NCBI GenBank assembly: GCA_030704615.1
Contig: CM060734.1
Span: forward strand, 59,272,001 to 59,336,000
DNA length: 64,000 nt
Direction of reading: 5' to 3'
DNA from: Takakia lepidozioides
Taxonomy: Eukaryota; Plantae; Bryophyta
Of this stretch, positions 48,839 through 62,233 are shown in pieces. Positions within the stretch are counted from its first letter, which is position 1; every line of letters begins with the position of its first letter. The notes beneath the pieces were generated by a model, which was given only the letters and a program-made list of their open reading frames with translations, was not told the origin of the DNA and searched no databases. The position numbers and the translations under genes were made by a program.

Positions 48839-49279
48839 GCAACGGCTTTCTTCTATTCGCAACGAAACCCGACGTCGGTTGGACGTTTACGTTCGTCGAG
48901 TTCTCTCTTCTCGTCTCTCTTCTCTCTTGTCTCTTCTCTCTCCTTCCTTTCTTGGTTCGTGCTCCGTTGTTCTCGTGCTGTTTGCTGTTTGCTTCCCTCT
49001 GTCGATGCTTGCGTCTATGCGAGCTGGGTTCCGCAGAGATTTCTTGATGGTTGAAAAGTCTCTCGTTCTACCTTTCCTTGTCAAAGGAAGGTCTCTAGAT
49101 TTTTTACACTGCTTGCCTCAGAAAGTTTTCCGGTTGTATTTCTCATATGTGATCTCCCTTTACCAGTGGGCGCTTGCAGTTGTGGGCGTCTTGTGATCTT
49201 CACATCGTCTGTCCATCATTTTCCCGGAGAATTCTGGTGTCTGTCCCGTCATTTTGTGAGTCTGCATGCACGGACAGGT

Positions 49280-50125
49280 ATGGAACATGGAAATTCATCG
49301 CCAACAGATGAAGCTTTTCTGGACAAACATTCACCAGAAACGGAAGCTATGGTGGAGACACAAGTTGGAAGCCAGGGAGGCGTAGCTCCTCAGATTCCAG
49401 ACCGTTCTAACGAATGCAGGTTTTGGGATTCCACACAGCGGTCATTGGGTACGGGAGGGCAAACCAGCGCTGGTGTTCCGTCTTTCACTTCCCTTCTTGC
49501 AAGCACCCATAGTCCTCTGCAATTGGACTTGGCAAGTAACAAGTCCGCGGTGGAATCTGAAAGCCTTGTTTGTAATAGTAAGTCGGTGGACTCGGAGGGC
49601 AAGAAAGATGAAAGTGTGTGTGTGCACAATGAACCTGAATCTTCGATCTTGCCATCTGGTTCGCCTGGCTTGCTAGTGACTTGCGCTTCCCCAAGAGAGA
49701 AGTCTGAGGATTGCAAATCTTTGACCCAATTTGTGGAGATTACATTGAAGCATGTTTGTGCGCATGTTTCAGGCAGCACCGGTCAGACTTCGATCTGTAA
49801 ATGTGGAACCTCCCAGCAATTTGGAGGTGCTGGTAATGTAGAAACGCGATTGAGCCGTGAGTCTGGAAGTTCAAGTTATGAGATTGAGTCACTTAGAACT
49901 GTAGTTGACAAAGAAATTTGTGCACATGCTACACACCCTTCTTCAACAGCATCCCCCTTACCACCTGAGGTTACAAAGGGGTCTTGTTCACCGAAGACCC
50001 CTCCAGGAAGAAGCGCTGATCCACAAGATCCTGGAGCACCAGTGAAAGTACGCATTGAGAGGGGTCCTCCTACCACTCGGCTGCGAGGCCGTGCTCGCCG
50101 AAGACTGAACTTCGACAACTTGTAA
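49280..50125 (+). CDS. Hypothetical Ser/Pro-rich protein, 281 aa, C-terminal RARRRLNF motif
   Basis: Long open frame (49166-50125). The first ATG at 49280 follows a candidate acceptor (GGACAG|GTATG), with a CT-rich leader upstream. No recognisable folded domain. Confidence 0.55.
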   Translation: MEHGNSSPTDEAFLDKHSPETEAMVETQVGSQGGVAPQIPDRSNECRFWDSTQRSLGTGGQTSAGVPSFTSLLASTHSPLQLDLASNKSAVESESLVCNSKSVDSEGKKDESVCVHNEPESSILPSGSPGLLVTCASPREKSEDCKSLTQFVEITLKHVCAHVSGSTGQTSICKCGTSQQFGGAGNVETRLSRESGSSSYEIESLRTVVDKEICAHATHPSSTASPLPPEVTKGSCSPKTPPGRSADPQDPGAPVKVRIERGPPTTRLRGRARRRLNFDNL

Positions 50126-52036
50126 ATCTGCATCTAGTCACCAATCCGATATCTGCTTTGATGCTACAAGCAGATCTACAAAACCTGAAACTTTGGCTGC
50201 AGAAGAATTGAAGCAGTCGATGTCCTCAAAATCTTCTCCAGTTGTAAGTTCTTGCTGCTATGGGTCTTGCCAAATAGCAATGTAATTAAAATGTAGTGAT
50301 GATAAACATGGGCTTTGTACAGCTATGCATTGTCATTTGCCACTAGCTTGGTGGCGTCAATGTTCTTGGCCTTTGCTTGGTCTACTTGGATGTGCAGAGC
50401 TTCATCGGATGGGGTTGCTGTGAAGACCGTTTCCAACACTCATATCAGGAAGGATGCACGATGTCATGCATTGCATAAGATGATGACTTCGGTGAGCATT
50501 TCTGGGAGTTCCATGCAAATTCCAGTGGATATAGGATAGGTCACCCGTAATCTGCTTAGGAGTTTATGTGCTGGATCTTGCTTTTAGTTACCTGCAAAGT
50601 ATGAAACATGGGTCATGTCTGCAGCATGCCATCTGAGTATGTGCCTTGTCGCAGGGGGGTGGTCTTGACTGTATCTTTCTGAATTATGTGGAGGTGATGA
50701 AGTTCAAGCTGTGAGAAAGATGTGACCTACATCAGTTTCTTGCAGCATCATCTGCAGAGTAGGTGGAGAAGCAAAAGTTAGATTCATGGTTGGTGAAAAA
50801 AAATCAGACTGTTAATGAATAAGAGTGGCCTAGAATTGTACCGAAGTAGAGCAAAACTGATTAGAAGGTGTGCAACTGTTGGGTTGTGTCACTAAATCTA
50901 CTCATGAAGCACCCATCAATAGACTAGTGGTTGACAACAATGTGACCAATTATATGCGACCAACTCTTCATGAATTTCTCATAACCTTAGGTAGGTATGC
51001 ATCTGAACTTTCACTTTGTAAAGGCCAATTTTCATTGAAACTGAAGAAACCAGGCCCCCCTTGTCAGTGTTCTGCATCATAGGGTTTGGACCACCACAAT
51101 CTTTTGTGACAGGGCCTTTTTGGTGATTTTGGCCCCCCTCCCTTTCCATAAAGGAGAATCTGTTTGGTCCAATGAAATAAATAGCATGTGAGGTACATAG
51201 TTCACTACATAATGATTGAGAATCCTCTTGCAGCATTACAGGAGCTTGCATTTTTCGCAGAAGTGGAGGAGTTGTCTGTTAAGATACCCAGAATCAAGTC
51301 ATCCCATTCATCTGTTCATCAAGATGTGGGGGTGCCACAGAGATGAGCATGCAGTTCACTGGAAGGCCAAACTTTCAACTTCTTTACAAATGGTAGTCAT
51401 GTCATATCTTCCACCTTTTCACCAGAATAAGAATGCCAACAGCAAACACAAGCAGCCGATTAAACAGAGTCAGTACTTAACATCTTTTCCAGGTGGGTGA
51501 GAGTGAAATTCAAGACTGGGAAGGAATGCAAGATAGAAATGTCACTTACCTTGCCCATACCTTTATGAGAAGGTCATTGTCAGACATGGAGGACGAGTCA
51601 CTAAACAGGTCCACACCCCCAGCCCACCACACACCCCCCCCCCCCCCCCCCTCCTCTCTCCCCCACCACGTACAGTTTGCTCTTCTGCTCTTCACTACAA
51701 CAAACGAAATAACAAAGATGTGCAGAAGGCTCAGCATCATGTGCCATTTTCTTGCCCTTGCATTGGACATCTCTGCTATTTCATCTTGCTGCGTGAAGGA
51801 CATGGCATCATTTGGAAGGAGTCAGGTAGTGTGGATACTGAGGAAATAATGGCTCAAAAACCACGCCTTCGGTCAGACCTGTGTTTAAAGTAGAGGGCTC
51901 TCCCACCTCATGTTTTCTATTAGTCACGGCCCCATAAGCTACAGCTTTCAATTCAGTTCTTTGGCCTGCAAGTAAGATAAGAGCAAAGCAATAGATTCAT
52001 GTGGAAAATACCCTTCTCCTCTACTGAGCCTCTAAG

Positions 52037-52608
52037 TCAACGTTGAATGAGTCCATTGCATGAGTTCTGAGGTTCGGAGAGATCTGCAGCATCGGATTCA
52101 CTGCACTCATAGCATTTCCGAATTGATGTAGCAAACAAGGTATCACGTTGCTTCTTCCAGGCAATGCGCTCTGTCACAGTCGCATGAGTTTTTTTTTTAC
52201 ACACCATAAAGAGAGTTTTCACTCCTGCCTTGTAGATCTCTCCCATGCATGCGAGACCATTTCCGTCGTGGGTAGAATGCAGCCCCGCTCTGCCTATGGT
52301 GGGCGCAAGAACATAACTCACCCCATCCAGGGGCAACTGCAAACAAATGACAATGATAATCTCACAGATGCGAGACAGTTTGAAGGGGTAGAAGCCCTAG
52401 CTTGTCGCCACCCACCACATAGAGCCAAGGCCTTCACGCTCCCAATCTTGGAAATGGGTCTCGATGTGAGAAGGCACCGACAACGCTTGAAACTACACCG
52501 CATTTGAAATTGCTGGCGACATGGTAGCTCCCCCGCTAAACGGTGAAGTACATCACCCGGCAGCAACTCCGGCGAGACAGAGCAGCTGAGCTTCCTTCTC
52601 TTGCTCAT
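52037..52608 (-). pseudogene. F-box protein gene remnant
   Basis: MSKRRK..ELLPGDVLHRLAGELPCRQQFQMRCSFKRCRCLLTS resembles an F-box. A second frame gives NGLAC..TLFMVC, like the GLxC/VCNP motifs of plant F-box proteins. The frame is broken. Confidence 0.45.
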
Positions 52609-53572
52609 TTGTTGTGCGAGCTGTTGCCTGCCTCATGCTGTTACCTTCCTTGAAAAAAATTCGACGTCCCTTAGTGTATACCATGGGCGAGAGGCGGGAG
52701 GGAAATAGATGGTCGTGCAAAATTAGGAAGAGATAACAGAGTTATCGTGCAGGACTGAAGAGAAAGCTAAGAGCGCATGCAGGAACTGGGACACGGTGCC
52801 AGCACTTGAGCCCTAGAAACCAAACTGCGAGCATTGCCAGATTAAAGCCCTAGAAACCCTGAAGTATGCAGAAAGGGGGATCTGATTCTATCACATGCTG
52901 GTTACAGAAACTACGCGTGATGACTTACACAAAAATTTCAGTTGAGCAACCACATCAAGCATCTGCAACCAAGGAAATGAAACTCTTATTCTTATTCCCT
53001 CCAATCGACTGAAGTACATACATCTACATACTGATTCCTGCGCCTCTCACACATACCACAAACACACAAGAACATGTAAGTACTCACTCCACCGAGGAAA
53101 CAAGAAACCCAGAATCTAATTCCCTTCTCATTCAAGTTTTACAAAATCTTCCCGCGCCAGAATGGAATTTTGGGTCCCACAACAGAATCAAAGCGACGGA
53201 TGATGTACGATTGTTGTGTTGGTATATTCTTTTGGCTATCCATCTCAGATATCTTCTCTATGAGCAGTCCATCTGCAGAGAGTCTTGTAGCTCCGCCACG
53301 TCGTAGGTAGACTTATCAAGCATCCATGCAGCTGGACACTTGGCTTCAGGAAGGAATAGCGTAGTTTGTCTTCGCCCTTGAGGATCAATACCGATGTCTT
53401 TTGTTTGCGCGTAGTGTACGTCTCATAATATCTAGCTCTGCTCTCTTTCCCATCGATCTCAATCTCTCTCTCTCTCTCTCTTTACGCGCACACACTGTCA
53501 ATGTCGCTCGCACTTTCACTAGGGTTCTTTTCGTAATTTTGTGGACCAGAGGGATCGTAAGGGAGAGCACGA

Positions 53573-53797
53573 ATGGCAGAATCCGTTCAACAAACCAACA
53601 CTGACAGGGGTATTGGGCAACCTCAACAATTGCTGGATACCCGGGCTGAGATTGGTCATGGGGCAGGCGGACCTGGAGCTGCACCTACAGAGAGTAGAGA
53701 CCTAGACAACGCGAAGGGGACGCTGGGAGGCTTGTTCCGAGGTCAGAAACTAGAATATTCAGGCTCGTACTCATCGGCAGCAGAAGAAACAGAATGA
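53573..53797 (+). CDS. Possible small hydrophilic protein (74 aa)
   Basis: ATG in good context (CGAATGGCA) downstream of a (CT)n leader; Gly/Ala/Glu-rich composition; no homology recognised. Confidence 0.25.
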   Translation: MAESVQQTNTDRGIGQPQQLLDTRAEIGHGAGGPGAAPTESRDLDNAKGTLGGLFRGQKLEYSGSYSSAAEETE

Positions 53798-54169
53798 GCT
53801 CCAGCCCAAGCACTTCCAACTGTGTGACCTTGTCAAAGGAAAGTTGTCCCCACATGATCACCATTTTGGAATGAGTCCCCACCAGTATTGTCATGATCAC
53901 TCAGTGCTCAAGAGCTGCAGCTTTCTCCTGCAAAGCACATACGTCACAACTGTCAATATTGATGCTAGCTCCTCCTCACGCATGCAGCCGCCACCACCTC
54001 CCAACAATCCAATGGGATCCAATTTCACATGTGAATCACATGAATCGTTCCAGCACAGGATCACAATGCTATTTAACATGACATCCCTTTGATCTGCACA
54101 ACAATGCACATGAGAGCAGAATTCTTACTGCAAAGATCAGCAACGTAGAGTTTTGGTCCCCTTTTGGCG

Positions 54170-56045
54170 ATGGATCCGACTGCAGGCCAAGCGTTGGGAG
54201 CTTTGGTGATGGTGCTTGTCACCGCTGCAGTGCTATATGTCGCGGTGGTTTACCAGCGGCGGAGGGCGCTTCTGCCCGGTCCTTGGCCATGGCCAGTTGT
54301 TGGCAGCTTGTCTGTGCTTCTCACGCCTCTTCCACAAAAAACTTTGCAGAAGCTTGCGACCAAGTATGGCGGGCTTATGTATCTCCAATTGGGTATGTGC
54401 GTGTGGGATTGCGATGGTCGATGATCTCTTGTGGCAGTGATGATCTAGTTGTGCTTATAAACGAGGATTTCTAACTTCTGTGTTGTGGAGCAGGTCAAAA
54501 GCCGTGTCTGGTGGTGTCCACAGCTGCGGCGGCCAAGGAGGTGTTCCGGAAGCACGATGCGAGCTTCGCGTCGCGGCCCAAGGTGCTGGCCACCAACATC
54601 ATCACTGGGGGCACGTATCGGACCTTGTCGTTCGCACCTTACGGCCCGTTCTGGCGTCAGCTGCGTCGGGTGGCCAACACGCAACTGTTCTCGCCTGCTG
54701 TGCACTCCTCCCACGAGGGTATGCGGAGAGGAGAGATTCACCACATGATGCGCGTTCTCGTGGACGACTCGCAGAAGGGGAAGACCGTCAATCTCAAGGG
54801 CTGGCTGACCGGCGTGACGGCCAACAACATGACCATGATGTTCACCAACACTAGGTAACTGATCGAGCCTCCACAAATTTGCACAATCCGTTCGGTCATC
54901 CAGAGAACGTCACAGAGGAGCTTATGATCAATCTTCGTCTTGTTGAATTCAGGTACTTCGGAAGCACTGGTGTGGAAAATCAACAAAGGAAACAGGAATT
55001 CGAGGAGTTGATGCGTACCACCTTCGCTGCGCTTGGAGCCATCGTCATCAGCGACTTCGTCCCCTACTCGAGCTTCATTGCTAAACTGCAAGGCTGGGCG
55101 TCGGAGTTTCAGGCAGTTCGCGCAGCTGGAGTAGAACTCATAAGCAAGATTATTCAAGTGGAGAACCACAGGCAGCGAGCCAAAGAGAGGGACACGAAAG
55201 ATTCGGACTACGTGCCGGACTTCGTCGACGTGTTGTTGAAGGCGCCTCTGGAAGGAGACCTGCTCCCGGACAAAGACATCGTCACCCTCATTGTGGTAAG
55301 AGCTCTCTCTCTCTCTCACACACACACACTTGTTTTCGCGCAAGAGCTCACTTGGGTGTCCTCTGTAAGTCAGCACTAAACTGGTTGCGATCATTCGCAG
55401 TGCTTGATGAACGCCGGAACAGACACGAGCGCGCTGACGGTGGAATGGGCAATGGCGGAGCTCATGGGAAAGCCTAAGCTCAGGAAACAAGCGCAAGAAG
55501 AGATTGACGCCGTGGTGGGACAAGAGCGGCTGGTGCAGGAATCCGACCTCCCTAACCTTCCATTTCTGCGAGCCGTGGTCAAGGAGACGTACCGGATGCA
55601 CCCCTCGCTCCCCCTGGGCGTGCGCCGCGAATCGCACGAGCCCTGCGTGGTCTCAGGATGCAAGCTTCCCGCGCACACAGAGCTCATCGTCAACATCTTC
55701 GCCATTCACAGAGATCCTGCAGTATACGATAGTCCTGACGAGTTCAAGCCCAGCAGATTCCTGGAGCGCCCCGAGGTGGATCCCTTGTCGGGCCACGATC
55801 ACTACGAGCTGATGCCGTTCGGAGCCGGGCGGCGCATGTGCGCGGGATACAACCTGGGCAACGTCATGGTCACGTCCATGCTCGCCAATCTGCTGCAATG
55901 CTTCCACTGGTCGCTCCCCGCCGGCCAGACTGCCCAGTCGCTGGACATGTCCGAGTACTTCTCCTTCATGAGCTGCCGCGGACAGCCCCTGTGCTTGGTG
56001 GCGCAGCCCCGCAGAGCAGCCTCTCTGTTCCAGCTGCAGGTTTGA
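54170..56045 (+). CDS. Cytochrome P450, CYP71 clan (A-type), 4 exons, ~523 aa
   Basis: Exons 54170-54392, 54494-54854, 54953-55295 and 55401-56045 (1572 nt). N-terminal TM anchor, LPGPWPWPVVG, APYGPFWRQLRR, AGTDTS, KETYR, FKPSRF and heme motif PFGAGRRMCAG. Confidence 0.93.
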
Positions 56046-56405
56046 GACGTCCGCCATAGCTGAGTTGTTCCGTAGCTTGAGAAGGAAGAACTGGAAATAA
56101 GATCAGAATGAATGATGATTGAAACCTGTACAGCTTTATTTACAGGAAAACATGAGGTATTTGAACAGATCATAGAAAAACCCCAAAACCTGGGAAAGAA
56201 CAAAGAAGGGAGGAAAGGGAAGCAAGCTAAACTAAACTATTCAAACTTCAAAGTCATCCCATTCAACTGTGTGAAGTAGGTCGGAGGCCAACATGGGTGT
56301 AACGTTTGGGAGAGTTGGGAGGTGGGATGAAGTCGACCCAGCTATGTCTACCCGATGTAAAATGGCCATTGCTTGAGCTTGGCCATTTTTTTTGTCTGTG
56401 CAGGA

Positions 56406-59400
56406 TAGACCTCGTAGAAGCGACCGCCATTGCTCCATTTTTTTTAAAAAAATGACCGCCAATTAGGCGGTTGTTGCATTTTTAAAAATAACCATTACAT
56501 CGATCGCCAGAAATGGCGGTCGTAATATTTTGTAAAAACAAAAACTGTCAGTAATGGAAGTGAGGGGAAGAGCTTATATGCGTGCCTCGTTCCTCGCTCC
56601 ACACGAAGGGCAGACCTCGTAGAAGCGACCGCCACCTTGGCAGTCAATCCATTTAAAAACAATTTTTTTTTGGAAATGAAACGAGGTCGTTTTTGTTTTA
56701 ATTTTTTTGGAAATGAAGCGACCGTCGTTATTGACAATTGTTTTTTTTTTTTTTTGGAGGAAAATGGAGCGATTGCTATTAGAGGCGGTCGTCGCTATTG
56801 TTGTTTCTTGAAATTGCAACGATCGCCATTAGTGGCGGTCGTTTTTATTTAAATTGTGTTGGAAATGGAGCGACCGCCATTTGTGGCGGTCATTTTTATT
56901 TTAATTGTTTTGAAAATGAAATGAAATTGCAACAACCACCATTAGTGGCGGTCGTTTTTATTTAAATTGTGTTGGAAATGGAGCGACCGCCATTTGTGGC
57001 GGTCGCTTTTATTTTAATTGTTTTGAAAATAAAAATGGAGCGACCGCAAAGGTGGCGGTCGCTTTTACGAAGTGTGCCTTGCGCATGGAGCGAGGCGGGG
57101 GAGGAGGGCATATAAGCTCCGACTCATTCTCTTCTCACTTCCATTACAGGCGGTCGCTTGAAGTTTTTTTTTGTTTTTATAAATGGAGTGACCGTACTGG
57201 GGGTCGTTGTAATTGTTCTTTTTTAAAATGCGGGGACCGCCACCGCCATTACTGGCGGTCGTTTTTAGTTTTATTTTGGCGAAATGGAGCGACCTCCATT
57301 TTGGCGGTTCAAAGACCTGGACATATGAGGTCGGATAGGGATGACGATTCCAGCACTGATCATGGTAACGGTGGTGAAGTCGAGAATGACCCGGATTTGT
57401 AACCCATCGGAACATTAGGATTATAATCTTCTTCGTCCCGCCGTCGAAGCAGTAGAATGAATTGAAGCAAAACAGATGTAGGCATGCATCGGCACATTTT
57501 AGACATGTTTATATTTCTGTAGTGAAGTAATATTAGTGTCGTGTTTGTGGGCTGATCGCCTATAAAAGGTTGGACTGTTCTCTGTCGTTTATGGACTTGG
57601 GACGCAATCGAAGGTGGTCTCGAAGGAGGTACCGGAGAGGAGTCTGTCCGAGATGGACCGACATTAGATGGTCCGGCATGTGAGGAGCCACGGGTCTGCT
57701 GCGCAACACGTTGGTTAAGGTGGAATTGTAGTGGTAGGTTGTCATCATCCGAGGCTTCAACTTCCGCCCGGTCCAATGCAACATAATGATGCGTGCATGT
57801 GGAAACAGATCAACCTTGTTGCTTTTTAATGCCCGTTGTGTTGATGAGGAGCTGGATCGGTTTTGGCATTGAGGTGGAGCTGGTCGTATCGGTGAGGCAT
57901 GATTGCGTCCCATCGACTGTACAATGGGTTAAGGTCATCAAAGGTCGGTTGGATATAAACATCATCCTCTGTGAATGTAAACGGGTCATACGTATTTTTG
58001 GGAACATTATTGGATCCATCTTCACTATCGAAGGCAGATGATTTCATCTGAGATGATCTGAGATGATTTTTTCTGAGGCTCAGTATTGTCACTCATCGAA
58101 TCAACCTCAAAAGCAGAGTCTTCGGAATGCAAATTCCTCTCATACCATGCTGCAGCATCATCCGCTGCCCTCTCACGTAGCAGTCGGCAATTGGTATACA
58201 CTTACACCAATTTGTCAGCCCTCGCAAGATTCAACCTGTTGCAAATCTTGTTGTGAACAAATGAGTAACTGCTCCAATTGCGTTCGCAAGATGAGGCAGA
58301 GCACACTTGAGCAAGAATACGCTTCGCAATGGGAACGAATGTTCTTGCTCCAGCTCCAATCAAATCCCACCATGCATGTGGCAACATATTGAGCTCTTTT
58401 GGATCCGGCATGTCCTCAAAAGGGTCGCGGCGATCTGAGAAGCACTGATACTCGGATATAGCTCTCCCTGCATGGTTCGGCGGAGGCAGTCGCATGAGCA
58501 CTCGCACGAGGCCGACCTTGGCATTAGCGTCGTCTCGGAGCATGGTATTGTCTAGCAAGAATAAATTGAGCAAAGCCCCGCATAATGCAAGTCCGTTCGA
58601 ACCATCGAACGACAGTCGTAAAATGCATCCTCAGCACTGTCCGCAAGTTCAGGTTCTAAGGAGAAGAGATGATGCCTCAAGGATTGGACGTGCTTCTCAA
58701 GATTTTGCATTAGTAATCATGTCTTGTCCATTACTGGTTGCTTTCCATCAAACTCCCGCAAGACGATTAACACCGGCTCTACCATATAAACAAAGTTTTC
58801 ACATTTATTCCAGAAATCATCGCTGCGAATGCTATTTCAAACTTTTCGACTTTTGCCCAATGACTTGGTTTTTCTGGAGCCCCATAATGTCCGTGTGTAC
58901 GCATTCCATTGATGATCGATGATGGTATGCTCCAGACTGCTCTTCACCGTCACCAACCGATCCATCATCAAGAAGTTAGTGGCAAAACGAGTTTCGCCTG
59001 GATTGCGGAGGCTGTATTTGGGTTCGTGCCTCCTATATATTGCCAAAGGGATGTGGTGTGTGCGGATAAACGACACAACACTCTTCGCTCGTTTGATAAG
59101 TTGTTTCACCCACTGTTCTTTTCTCCAATATTTCAAAAGGAGGTCAAAGATATGAGCAGCACAACCTTGATAGTACATATGGGGATAACGTGCTAATAAC
59201 ATGTCTGCAGTGTTTCTCATGTTAGCGGCATTGTCTGTGCATATTTGCACGATTCTATCACTTCCGACCTGTTCAATGAAGTCCGTCAATAGTTGGCATT
59301 GATAACGTCCATCTTTTTTCTCGCCGCTAGTGTTGATCGATCTCAAGAATTATTCCCAGCTGGACATACGAGCATGACATTGAACAACGGTCTGTTTGTA

Positions 59401-61097
59401 ACAGAACTCCAACCATCGACACATATAGTGCTTCCATATTTTTTTTGATGCACTTGCCCGTCCTATCGTTGACCTTTTGGGTAAGCTCGGTCATGACATC
59501 TTCTAGCAATCATGTGCGGAGATTGTGATAAGTCGGAGGCACATACGTGCATCTGGACTCCGAGGTTGCTCTAACGGCAGAAACAAATGTCGGAAGCCTT
59601 GTCACATTAAATGATATATTGGCCTCGAAAAAAAACTGCGCCCATTTTTTATTCAACTGTTTTTCGCAGACAAGTTAAGACCTTCCTGCATGGATTGCTG
59701 TCGTAATCCTCTACTCCGTTGACGTGTAGGGGTACAAAAAGGTGTTGAAGCAGGTGTTGCTCCGGCACAACCCACTTGTCCAAGGACACCCGAAGCCTCA
59801 CAAGAGTCGCCTTGGGTACTAATCGGGGCATCTTGACGAGAAGATGAAGTGTTCTGCTCAAAGGTCATGTCCAGATTCAAAGACATTGGAATATTGCTTC
59901 CACACTGGGCAAAGTGGCTTTTTATCCGCATAGATGCTTTAGGGCATAAACCCACCCCAGCGCTCTTCACACCTTTATAGCCGAGGTGAGCGAGCAAGCA
60001 ACCGATCCTTACGATAAGAAAGCTTTAATCCACATATGTTGCACTCAACACTATCGGTGGCACTAACAGTGTTCGGGATTGCCGTATACCAAGGGCTCCA
60101 TTCCTCCCTCATCTTCACCCAATATCCACTCCCCTGGGACCTAGTGATGTAAGCAACAAAAAACAGTCACCTATAAATGAACGTGTTGTAGAGTGCAATG
60201 CGATAGCCCAACACTTCTACACCTGTCAGCAACCCAAGTGGGTCGATGTGGGTTGTAGTATTGAGCTTATACACAATCTTCTGAAGTGGCTTTGGTGAAA
60301 GCCACAACGGTAAAAGGTGCGCACCCTCCTCTTGGGCTACACTTTCATTCAATGGAAGAGAACATCCAAAGCAACCTCAAGTGTTTGCGCCAAAAGAAGT
60401 GATGAGCTTGGTGACCCTCCTCCTTTATATATGATCCAAGAAGGATGAAAGTGAAATAAAAGTGAAATAAAAGTGAAATGAGTAAATGACGAACCAATAG
60501 CGCCCACCCGAAAAAGGCTGTAAAACCATATTTGTTGTAATTTTGAAATTAAGCGACCGCTAATATTACGATCGTTATTTTTATTTTTTATGAAAAACAA
60601 GCGACCGCCACTACTACAGTCGCTTTTATTTCCTTTCATTTTGTGTAATTTTCCAGTCACTTGTATTTTGTATATTTTTGAATTTAAGCGACCACCCGTA
60701 TGGCGGTCGCTATTTTTTTATTTCAAAATATAATACGAGTACCGGTATGGAGGTCGCTTCATTTGTTAATATATTTAAAATAAAGCGACCGCCAATATGG
60801 TGGTCGCTTTTATTTTTAATATTTAAAAAAAAATGTGACAGCCAGTAAGGCGGTCGCTTTTAATCTTTATATAAGTCTAACCGACCTCCAGGCTGGTGGT
60901 CGCTTAAACTTAATATATATTTTAAAATTGACGCGACCGCCGGTTTGGTGGTCACAAATATTGTATTGTTTTAAAACAAGCGACCACTTGTGTAGTGGTC
61001 GCTTTTATTTTCATATGTCGCTTGTTTTTTTTTAATATAATTTTAAATTTATCGACCGCCATATGGCGGTCGTTTGTTTTTCTATCAGAGAGGTGTG
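56406..61097 (-). mobile_element. Degraded hAT transposon (BED finger, DUF659-type transposase, dimerisation domain) with long GCGACCGCC subterminal arrays
   Basis: Minus-strand pieces: ECNICG..LLAHLG, RSINTSGEKKDG, QICTDNAANM, CAAHIFDLLL, GETRFATNF, HAWWDL..AKRILAQVCSASSCERNWSSY. Many GCGACCGCC/GGCGGTCG motifs at 56410-57310 and 60550-61075. Termini are approximate and no TSD was found. Confidence 0.85.
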
Positions 61098-61527
61098 AAA
61101 ATCAGCTTTAATGCCAATGCCATCCCTTGAATCAATGCAGTCCCTTGTGCCCAAATTGCACAGTGGTTACATGGTCCCGAGTTCTATCCTAAAGGAAATT
61201 TCTGAAAAAACATAGTCATCCTCTTTTTTTTCTGCCCCTTGGGTTGCAGCTGCTCCAACAAATTCCCTTCACAAGGTCTTCTCGCGCTACTCTCAAATGT
61301 AGCCTGCAAAAAATGAATCCTTCAGAGCATTAATAGAGCCTTCCTCCATTAGGATTGTCTACCTCTGTACAACTATAATCTGGACATACCCCCACCTTCC
61401 ATATTGAAGAGGTCATGATATACTTACTTGCAATTCAGGGATTGAGGTTCTTGGAAATGACAGCCACAAAACTTGCAAGATTACTGATGGCGGTTGCAAC
61501 AGAGTCAAATCTTGTACATAGCCGTTC

Positions 61528-62233
61528 TGTCGTGCGCATACATATCGCTACACAACTACATCGCTGTCCAAAACCACACAACACATGTGCACACCACACA
61601 CTAGTATACCACTAGTCCACCACTAGTCCAACCACTAGTCCAACCACTAGGCTACAACTAGTCAGTCACTAGGCTGCCACTATGCTGCCCACTATGGCAG
61701 TCACTAGTCCACACAATGATAAAGAAGAAGAATACAAGTACAAGCTCATGCGAGCTCACAAAGCTGAAGCATAAACTCAGGCATATATAACCTCATCACT
61801 CAAATACAAGTCAAGCCAAGTGCACCCCACGCCATGGGGAATCCACACTACGGCGCCATAGCTAGGCGCGGTGAGGCACAACTCGAGAAAGATGAGCCTC
61901 CCGCGCTTGCCGTGAAGATAACCACTCCAGGGCCTAAATCTGCCTTGACCCCTGGATTGACACTTGGGCCAATCCCAAATGTCAATATGTAAAAGCTAGC
62001 TATTTCCTAGCTAGTTTCACACTAGTGGTAAAATAACTTGACAGCTGTCATGCGCATACATATCGCTACACAACTACATCGCTGTCCAAAACCACACAAC
62101 ACATGTGCACACCACACACTAGTATACCACTAGTCCACCACTAGTCCAACCACTAGTCCAACCACTAGGCTACAACTAGTCAGTCACTAGGCTGCCACTA
62201 TGCTGCCCACTATGGCAGTCACTAGTCCACACA
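61528..62233 (-). mobile_element. 3' LTR of a Ty3/gypsy element (706 bp) with duplicated terminal segments
   Basis: TG...CA ends. A polypurine tract (AGGGGGGCG on -) lies at ~62236-62244. TATATA at ~61784. 61528-61717 is repeated at 62046-62235. Confidence 0.75.

Noticed and set aside
50085-50125. RRRLNFD similarity to the geminivirus coat-protein N-terminus
   Set aside because: Only a 7-aa basic motif matches, at the wrong end of the protein; no other viral sequence is present.
51634-51651. Poly-C run, and the (GA)n/(CT)n microsatellites at ~4857-4917 and ~53464-53481
   Set aside because: Ordinary simple repeats with no further structure.
54738-55637. 299-aa minus-strand ORF and other long antisense ORFs over the P450, RH16, kinesin and PPR regions
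   Set aside because: Shadow ORFs of GC-rich or repetitive coding sequence; they cross introns and contain no motifs.
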